A stretch of DNA of 64,000 nucleotides from Heteronotia binoei. Its lineage: Eukaryota. Positions 62,001-64,000 of the stretch are shown piece after piece. Numbering within the stretch: position 1 is the stretch's first letter; the number at the start of each line of letters is the position of its first letter. The stretch lies in contig NC_083228.1 in NCBI RefSeq assembly GCF_032191835.1, positions 101,060,001-101,124,000 on the forward strand, in the 5' to 3' direction. The position numbers and the translations under genes are program-made. A model generated the notes under the pieces. That model worked only from the letters and a program-made list of their open reading frames with translations, was not told the DNA's origin and made no database searches.

Positions 62001-63913
62001 TCAGGTGTCTCCTTCCTTTCTCTGTGTCATCCATATTACATATGCCTGGCTTTATCATTCCTTTCCTCCTCCCAAGCTGATTCACTTGTTGTATGTGGTG
62101 TGGCTTCTCTCCCACAAGCAAGAACCAATATAAAATGTGGAGTAATCAAGGCAAAGTTCCACCACTTTTTAAAAAAAAACCTCATTGGTATAATAAGATA
62201 CATATTCACCTTTCATTGTTATCTTAACCGAGTCACCTTTCTCTCCTTTTTCTCCAGTGAATCCAGAGGGACCTGGCATTCCCTTATAATTTAAAAAATA
62301 TATACATTACAAGTAGAGACACACGAAGAACTCGCATAAAGGACATTCCATTCCCACTGCCTTTTGCTTCCTTCCTTCCCTCTCCTCTCCACCCTTTCTC
62401 TCCCAGTAAATGTTTCTGTCTCTTTCATCTTCCCATATCTCTTCTTCCACATAATCTCTGTTTCTCCCTCCCCCTAGCCATTTTTCAGTATGGTTCTCTT
62501 GCTCACCTCCCTCTCCCCTTCTCTCACAGTGTTTCTTTCTCTGGCTGTTAAGCCAGCAACTTCCTAACCAGGCTGGCCACCCCCATAGCTGTGCTTGCCC
62601 ACCTGGCCACTCTTCACTACTGTGTTGCCAAGCTGCCTACCTGCCAATGGCTCACATCATGGGTTGGCGGAAGATGGGGGATGCTTGGAGTTCAGAGAAA
62701 GCTCCTGCACCTCCTCACCCAGCCCCAGTGAAGGAGCAGGAGTGGTAGACCCATCTGCTTCAAACGCAGTAGCCTCAGCATCTGATGGTGGAGGAGGAGG
62801 CTCCCATTCCTCCTTCCCTAGTCACTGAGAGTGTAAGTTCTGGGCAGTTGACAGCGCATGTGCACTCAACTGTTTTCTGCTTTGGGTGTTTTTCTTTTAA
62901 AAAATAACCAACATCTTTTCTTTTGGGATTTTTCTGTAAACCTGGGATGTCCCCAACATTTGGAGAAAAGCCTTCCTAGTCTTAATGTGGCCCTAATCCA
63001 TGGTTTCAGTATCTTCAAAAGGGGGCATGTTTACTATTAGATATATATTCATAATTAATAACAAATAACTCTAATGAATACAAGTAGAGACAGCATCTGA
63101 CAGCATCTATTAGGCAGGCAAGATATGGGAACATAGTGACTAGAATATCTGGTGTCTTTTCCCTTCTCAGCTAATAGGTGACCTGTGCTTTCATTGATGA
63201 CAACACTGACCCAGAAAATTTCCCACAGTACCCATTCATGGAGATATTAAAGCATGCCTAGTGAAATGATCTTTTGACATTATACCAAAGCACATTCTGA
63301 TTTATCTTTTCAAAGCATGAGGAAATAGATCTTATATCCTCAGAAAGAGAACCAACAATATAAAAAATCATGGTGATTTTCTTCTTGGAAATTCAGAAAA
63401 TGACCTATTGGCTGAGGTTACTCACCATAGAACCTTGTTGTCCAGTTGTGCCAGGTAAACCTTGGTCACCTTTTTCTCCATATTTTCCAGGTAACCCAGC
63501 TTCTCCTTTTCTTCCAGGATTACCAAGTAGGCCTGATTTTCCTGCTAGGCCACAGGGACCAACTCCACATGAACAGTTGCCTGGACTCCCTATATGAGCA
63601 CAAAGAAAATAAAGCTTTGAGCCAGTTTTATAATGTAAAGTACTAAGCAATATAATAATGAATGCCAGTTTAAGGATATTATAATGCTACCCTAAGTGGA
63701 GTGACACCCTTCTATATCCACTACAGTTAATGGGTGTAGAAGGATATCTTTAAGATTGCATTGTTAATTATTAGATTACACAGATGTGAGATATCTGTTC
63801 TCTGAAAGATTCATACTTGCCTTTTCCTCCTTTTTCACCTTTTTCCCCTGATGGACCTCTTTGGCCTTTAGCTCCTGGTTGTCCAGGTGACCCTATCCCA
63901 CTGCAAGCAACAC
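3112..63913 (-). CDS. COL4A4: Collagen type IV alpha-4 chain, spliced CDS span (28 exons in window, 5' part outside window)
   Basis: Exons join in one frame (3698 nt = 2 nt + 1232 codons including stop). Gly-X-Y repeats with interruptions are followed by NC1 (GFLLVLHSQ...[21 protein letters not shown]...[38 protein letters not shown]...RCQVCMKHG*), which matches the alpha-4 paralog as I recall it. Confidence 0.96.
4064..4350 (-). CDS. COL4A4: NC1 exon (287 nt)
   Basis: ttctag|GT TTG GCT ... ATG|gtaaga; [18 protein letters not shown]...WIGYSFLM. Confidence 0.96.
4980..5263. mobile_element. Palindromic MITE (Harbinger-like termini)
   Basis: GGCTGATTCCGCA...TGCAGAATGAGCC; whole element self-complementary around aaacctgaaaaaacaggttt. 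Confidence 0.8.
5749..5937 (-). CDS. COL4A4: Exon at the helix/NC1 junction (189 nt)
   Basis: ataag| ... |gtaagc; [63 protein letters not shown]. Confidence 0.95.
6268..6384 (-). CDS. COL4A4: Collagenous exon (117 nt)
   Basis: tttcag| ... |gtaagc; [39 protein letters not shown]. Confidence 0.95.
7145..7356 (+). mobile_element. Squam3-like SINE
   Basis: ctaggatctgggatacccaggttcaaatcccc...gggtataaatgaagtaaataa. Confidence 0.75.
7654..7788 (-). CDS. COL4A4: Collagenous exon (135 nt)
   Basis: ttccag| ... |gtaaag; [45 protein letters not shown]. Confidence 0.94.
8183..8191 (-). CDS. COL4A4: Predicted 9-nt microexon (Gly-Cys-Arg)
   Basis: acccaccag|GTTGCAGAG|gtaagata; phase 1 to phase 1, one exact Gly-X-Y triplet; three TGCATG motifs within 75 nt. 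Confidence 0.8.
9567..9665 (-). CDS. COL4A4: Collagenous exon (99 nt)
   Basis: gttaag| ... AAAG|gtattt; [33 protein letters not shown]. Confidence 0.92.
9765..9920 (-). CDS. COL4A4: Collagenous exon (156 nt)
   Basis: tttcag| ... |gtacgg; [25 protein letters not shown]...GRPGSK. Confidence 0.94.
10812..11005 (+). mobile_element. 5S rRNA-derived SINE with Sauria/BovB-type tail
   Basis: Decayed 5S head (gaagctaagcaaggtc...tatttggatgggagatcacc) joined to gcaggcaatggcaaaccacctct. Confidence 0.7.
11441..11530 (+). mobile_element. 5S-derived SINE head fragment
   Basis: catggtatagcctgatcttgtcagatctc...gagaccaccaaggaa. Confidence 0.55.
11912..12019 (-). CDS. COL4A4: Collagenous exon (108 nt)
   Basis: ttacag| ... 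|gtacta; [36 protein letters not shown]. Confidence 0.93.
12378..12889. mobile_element. hAT-type MITE
   Basis: 8-bp TSD CCTTAGAC (12370-12377 / 12890-12897); termini CACGGGTGTCAAAC / GTTCAACATCTCTG. Confidence 0.88.
12976..13192 (-). mobile_element. tRNA-derived SINE with CR1-type tail (Squam2-like)
   Basis: tRNA A/B-box head (ggctcagtggtagagc...ggttcaatccc) and short tandem tail aacatatgaacatatga. Confidence 0.82.
13765..13965 (+). mobile_element. Squam3-like SINE
   Basis: ggagacccaggttcaaattccc...ggtataaatgaagtaaataa. Confidence 0.7.
14265..14500. mobile_element. Cluster of TAGGGTTGCCA-terminated MITE fragments
   Basis: Two tagggt(t)gccaac starts at about 14265 and 14395; boundaries approximate. 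Confidence 0.55.
15421..16029. mobile_element. hAT-type MITE, same family as 12378-12889, opposite orientation
   Basis: TSD TGTTAACA / TGTTAACT; internal sequence is the reverse complement of the 12.4-kb copy. Confidence 0.85.
16133..16261 (-). CDS. COL4A4: Collagenous exon (129 nt)
   Basis: ataaag| ... |gtaagt; [43 protein letters not shown]. Confidence 0.94.
16968..17039 (-). CDS. COL4A4: Collagenous exon (72 nt)
   Basis: tcatag| ... |gtaaag; [24 protein letters not shown]. Confidence 0.94.
17541..17757. mobile_element. TAGGGTTG-terminated MITE
   Basis: tagggttgtcagg...cctggcaaccct inverted termini. Confidence 0.7.
17932..18153. mobile_element. Composite TAGGGTTGCCA MITE
   Basis: cagggttaccaggtcc...tagggttgccagc...ggcatcccta; related to the 29985-30345 copy. 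Confidence 0.6.
18614..20780 (-). mobile_element. CR1 LINE, 5'-truncated, open RT-containing ORF2 fragment (18727-20631, 634 aa)
   Basis: [35 protein letters not shown] motifs; 8-bp tandem tail (aagaacat)n. Confidence 0.97.
21678..21912 (-). mobile_element. Squam3-like SINE
   Basis: Reverse complement gtgtggtgtagtggttagagtgtaggactaggatctgggagatccaggttcgaatcccc; (att)n tail. Confidence 0.85.
22936..23043 (-). CDS. COL4A4: Collagenous exon (108 nt)
   Basis: ctgtag| ... |gtaaat; [36 protein letters not shown]. Confidence 0.93.
23081..23262 (-). mobile_element. Decayed Squam2-like SINE
   Basis: catatgaagctgccttatactgaatcaga matches the 12976 copy. Confidence 0.6.
23335..23822. mobile_element. 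hAT-type MITE
   Basis: TIR TAGGGTTGCCAA / TTGGCAACCCTA; perfect 8-bp TSD GTATAGGG. Confidence 0.92.
24055..24162 (-). CDS. COL4A4: Collagenous exon (108 nt)
   Basis: ttaaag| ... |gtaaag; [36 protein letters not shown]. Confidence 0.94.
25329..25502. mobile_element. Partial copy of the 23335 MITE family (left end)
   Basis: tagggttgccaagtccaattcaagaaatatctg nearly identical to 23335. Confidence 0.8.
25596..26192. mobile_element. Harbinger-like non-autonomous DNA transposon
   Basis: TIR GGCCCTGTTCACAC / GTCTGAACAGGCCC, flanks taa / tga; internal palindrome gcataatgcgcatgtgcgcattatgc. Confidence 0.7.
26415..26672. mobile_element. Partial copy of the 23335 MITE family (right half)
   Basis: agggcaccttcttttggggctcatagaattggac...ggggattgggaaccct. 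Confidence 0.75.
26984..27330. mobile_element. hAT-type MITE
   Basis: TIR CAGGGCTGGATTAA / TTAATCTGGCACTG; 8-bp TSD GCTGGGGG. Confidence 0.85.
27773..27991. mobile_element. TAGGGTTGCCA MITE
   Basis: Inverted termini tagggttgcca / tggcaacccta; TSD not recognisable. Confidence 0.75.
28553..28627 (-). CDS. COL4A4: Collagenous exon (75 nt, weak donor)
   Basis: gtacag| ... CCAG|gtgaca; [25 protein letters not shown]. Confidence 0.88.
29288..29555 (+). mobile_element. tRNA-derived SINE (Squam3-like, longer subfamily)
   Basis: ggccagtttggtatagtggttaag...gggtttgattcccc head; ctctcagccccacctacctcacaggg body; gggcaggatataaat tail. Confidence 0.8.
29637..29812. mobile_element. hAT-type MITE
   Basis: TIR CAGGGCCGGATCTA / TAGATTCGGTCCTG; 8-bp TSD GGCCTGAG. 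Confidence 0.88.
29985..30345. mobile_element. Older MITE (17932 family) hosting a nested hairpin MITE
   Basis: gttgccaggttctcctgggccacc...ggggatccccaggttcc; boundaries approximate. Confidence 0.6.
30102..30238. mobile_element. 137-bp fold-back hAT MITE
   Basis: Perfect 40-bp TIRs; 8-bp TSD TCATAGAG. Confidence 0.93.
30850..30913 (-). CDS. COL4A4: Collagenous exon (64 nt, phase 0 to 1)
   Basis: aatcag| ... |gtaatg; [21 protein letters not shown]. Confidence 0.93.
31964..32165 (+). mobile_element. Squam3-like SINE
   Basis: ccagtgtggtttagtgattaaagtgttggactaggatctgggaacccaggtttgaatccc. Confidence 0.78.
32439..32614 (-). CDS. COL4A4: Collagenous exon (176 nt, phase 1 to 0)
   Basis: tttcag| ... 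CAG|gtatgc; [15 protein letters not shown]...GFQGQQGEQ. Confidence 0.94.
32722..34665. mobile_element. 1.9-kb non-autonomous hAT-type element with heterogeneous cargo
   Basis: Termini CAGGGTTTCCCAAA / ATAGGAAACACTG; perfect 8-bp TSD ATCTAGTA (32714-32721 / 34666-34673); contains an N gap. Confidence 0.82.
34122..34258. other. Assembly gap (137 N)
   Basis: Run of n. Confidence 1.
34823..34930 (-). CDS. COL4A4: Collagenous exon (108 nt)
   Basis: tgtaag| ... |gtaaga; [36 protein letters not shown]. Confidence 0.93.
35457..35823. mobile_element. hAT-type MITE carrying a captured COL4A4 exon-end fragment
   Basis: TIR CAGGGGTGGCCAAACT / AGTTTGGCTACCCTTG; TSD GATTAGAA. Confidence 0.9.
36282..36425 (-). 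CDS. COL4A4: Collagenous exon (144 nt)
   Basis: gttaag| ... |gtatgt; [18 protein letters not shown]...GECGSKGSK. Confidence 0.94.
36513..37320 (-). mobile_element. Old L2 3' fragment, interrupted by the 36764 MITE
   Basis: ttccgccctatcccgcaagcaggctcagggtgg tail and aggcctcgtggaacagctccg...gagaggcagtccctcagata body. Confidence 0.6.
36764..37026. mobile_element. Palindromic MITE (Harbinger-like, related termini to 4980)
   Basis: tttcgcactcacctt / aaggtgagtgcaaaat; arms complementary; ccgtttgctgcagcccca duplicated internally. Confidence 0.78.
37503..37782 (-). mobile_element. Short LTR-like sequence
   Basis: Minus strand TG...TATATAA...AATAAA...ATTACA; CpG-rich; no TSD found. Confidence 0.4.
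37914..40230 (-). mobile_element. L2 LINE, 5'-truncated, frameshifted ORF2 (39645-40046 and 38195-39610) with (TTA)n tail
   Basis: [44 protein letters not shown] motifs; (taa)n at about 37914-37962. Confidence 0.95.
40426..43082 (-). mobile_element. L1-derived element with 5' UTR, ORF1-like gene (41063-41746), duplicated 3' block and poly(A), no RT (half-L1-like)
   Basis: TSD ACAATGAGTGC(TTTT) at 40415 and 43083; AATAAA (40452-40457) then A-tail; coiled coil followed by QNIPE...IENGYR...LREVYI, resembling an L1 ORF1p RRM. Confidence 0.8.
43229..43529 (+). mobile_element. Sauria SINE (Squam1-like)
   Basis: gagccccatggctcagagtgttaaagctgcag head, ggggaaggcaatggcaaaccacc core, (ctttc)n tail; ATATGATTAAG on both sides. 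Confidence 0.88.
43630..44301 (+). mobile_element. Older CR1 3' fragment (different subfamily)
   Basis: [25 protein letters not shown]; ends ctagaggtcccttccaactctattctatgat. Confidence 0.88.
44741..44911 (-). CDS. COL4A4: Collagenous exon (171 nt)
   Basis: tctcag| ... AAAG|gtacgt; [24 protein letters not shown]...GLPGQK. Confidence 0.94.
45362..46095 (-). mobile_element. Decayed L2 3' fragment
   Basis: [12 protein letters not shown]...HWLP...[16 protein letters not shown]; tail ccctccctgccgaggcaggctcagggc. Confidence 0.85.
46513..47271. mobile_element. LTR-like element (TGTGA...TTACA), orientation ambiguous
   Basis: Plus-strand TATAAA and AATAAA, architecture similar to the 59729 LTR; minus-strand AAGGGGCGGG abuts its end; no TSD found. 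Confidence 0.55.
49264..49350. repeat. Degenerate minisatellite, five copies of an AGAGATACT-like core
   Basis: cactaagagatact / cacaaagagatact / ctaagatatact / cactgagagatact / cactaagagatact. Confidence 0.75.
50527..50688 (-). CDS. COL4A4: Collagenous exon (162 nt)
   Basis: ttgcag| ... |gtgagc; [12 protein letters not shown]...GLTCDKGLW...GPPGTP. Confidence 0.94.
50912..51957 (-). mobile_element. CR1 LINE 3' fragment, same subfamily as 18614, with long (TA)n(CA)n in 3' UTR
   Basis: ORF 51090-51998 nearly identical to the C-terminus of the 634-aa ORF. Confidence 0.96.
50997..51083. repeat. (TA)n(CA)n compound microsatellite
   Basis: Seen directly. Confidence 0.97.
52905..53123 (-). CDS. 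COL4A4: Collagenous exon (219 nt)
   Basis: ctttag| ... |gtatga; [43 protein letters not shown]...GLPGLQ. Confidence 0.94.
53306..53745. mobile_element. Penelope-like terminal-repeat fragments in inverted arrangement, with two tandem L2-type tails between
   Basis: agaacaaagtttgagtccagtggcacctttaagac (53312) is the inverse of gatcttaaagatgccactggactcaaactttgttct (53671); ctgaagaagtgtgcatgcac hammerhead-like core. Confidence 0.7.
53998..54105 (-). CDS. COL4A4: Collagenous exon (108 nt)
   Basis: attcag| ... |gtaagt; [36 protein letters not shown]. Confidence 0.94.
54554..54622 (-). CDS. COL4A4: Collagenous exon (69 nt)
   Basis: ttttag| ... |gtatgc; [23 protein letters not shown]. Confidence 0.92.
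54889..55098. other. Assembly gap (210 N)
   Basis: Run of n. Confidence 1.
55367..55550 (-). CDS. COL4A4: Collagenous exon (184 nt, phase 0 to 1)
   Basis: tgacag| ... |gtaaat; [14 protein letters not shown]...GPKGQK. Confidence 0.94.
55917..58178 (-). mobile_element. CR1 LINE, 5'-truncated, ORF2 broken in three pieces
   Basis: ORFs 57512-58174, 56544-57476, 56068-56538 collinear with the 18.6-kb copy; two lesions. Confidence 0.96.
55996..56061. repeat. (TA)n(CA)n compound microsatellite
   Basis: Seen directly. Confidence 0.97.
58208..58335 (+). mobile_element. Penelope-like terminal-repeat fragment
   Basis: ctgaagaagtgtgcatgcacac...gaataaaact...gccactggctcaaactttgttctg, homologous to 53617-53740. 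Confidence 0.72.
59439..59545 (-). CDS. COL4A4: Collagenous exon (107 nt, phase 1 to 0)
   Basis: ttaaag| ... CAG|gtacaa; [15 protein letters not shown]...GEKGPQ. Confidence 0.93.
59729..60716 (+). mobile_element. Solo LTR (988 bp)
   Basis: TGTGA...TCACA termini, perfect 5-bp TSD GGAGG (59724-59728 / 60717-60721), AATAAA near 60555. Confidence 0.9.
60977..61203 (+). mobile_element. Squam3-like SINE
   Basis: gccaatgtggtttagtg...ggttcaaatctcc...gtgaggataaaaaagcaggacaggagaatgatgtgagc. Confidence 0.78.
62210..62282 (-). CDS. COL4A4: Collagenous exon (73 nt, phase 0 to 1; internal in-frame alternative donor after 62237)
   Basis: tataag| ... AAAG|gtgaat; [24 protein letters not shown]. Confidence 0.87.
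63426..63589 (-). CDS. COL4A4: Collagenous exon (164 nt, phase 1 to 0)
   Basis: atatag| ... ATG|gtgagt; [19 protein letters not shown]...GQQGSM. Confidence 0.93.
63821..63913 (-). CDS. COL4A4: Collagenous exon (93 nt) ending in a GC donor
   Basis: aatcaag| ... AAAG|gcaagt; [31 protein letters not shown]. Only the GC donor keeps frame with the next exon. Confidence 0.85.
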
Positions 63914-64000
63914 CTTGATTACAAACAGATTACAAAGTTTTTCAATTAAATTCATTATAATTTTTTAAAAAATATTGTTAAAACAGCCTCATTCATAGAA

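Noticed and set aside
62237-62282. 46-nt exon as the main form
   Set aside because: The 27-nt extension encodes an interruption resembling the human one and ends in an equally good donor.
63817-63900. 84-nt exon using tgcag|TGGG and the GT donor at 63815-63816
   Set aside because: Wrong phase for the downstream exon; the 93-nt GC-donor exon keeps Gly-X-Y.

Overview
Vertebrate genomic DNA. The SINE/LINE content points to a squamate reptile, probably a gecko (inference). The window holds the 3' three-quarters of the collagen IV alpha-4 gene (COL4A4) on the minus strand. I traced 28 coding exons by hand from 63913 to the stop at 3112 (3698 nt). They form one continuous Gly-X-Y frame ending in an alpha-4-type NC1 domain; the 5' exons lie beyond 64000. 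The introns are packed with transposable elements: three young CR1 LINE copies, L2, a TSD-bounded L1 derivative with ORF1 but no reverse transcriptase, solo LTRs, tRNA- and 5S-derived SINEs, Penelope fragments with decayed hammerhead cores, and many hAT and Harbinger-type MITEs. Best leads: (1) a 9-nt microexon flanked by three TGCATG motifs that adds Gly-Cys-Arg; (2) a half-L1-like element; (3) a Gly-to-Ser change inside the triple helix; (4) a 47-bp copy of a COL4A4 exon end and splice donor captured inside a MITE; (5) a GC-AG intron and an in-frame alternative donor. I found no prokaryote-style system (CRISPR, operon) and no convincing new gene. Family names and comparisons with human COL4A4 come from memory, not from database searches. 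Repeat boundaries without a stated TSD are approximate.
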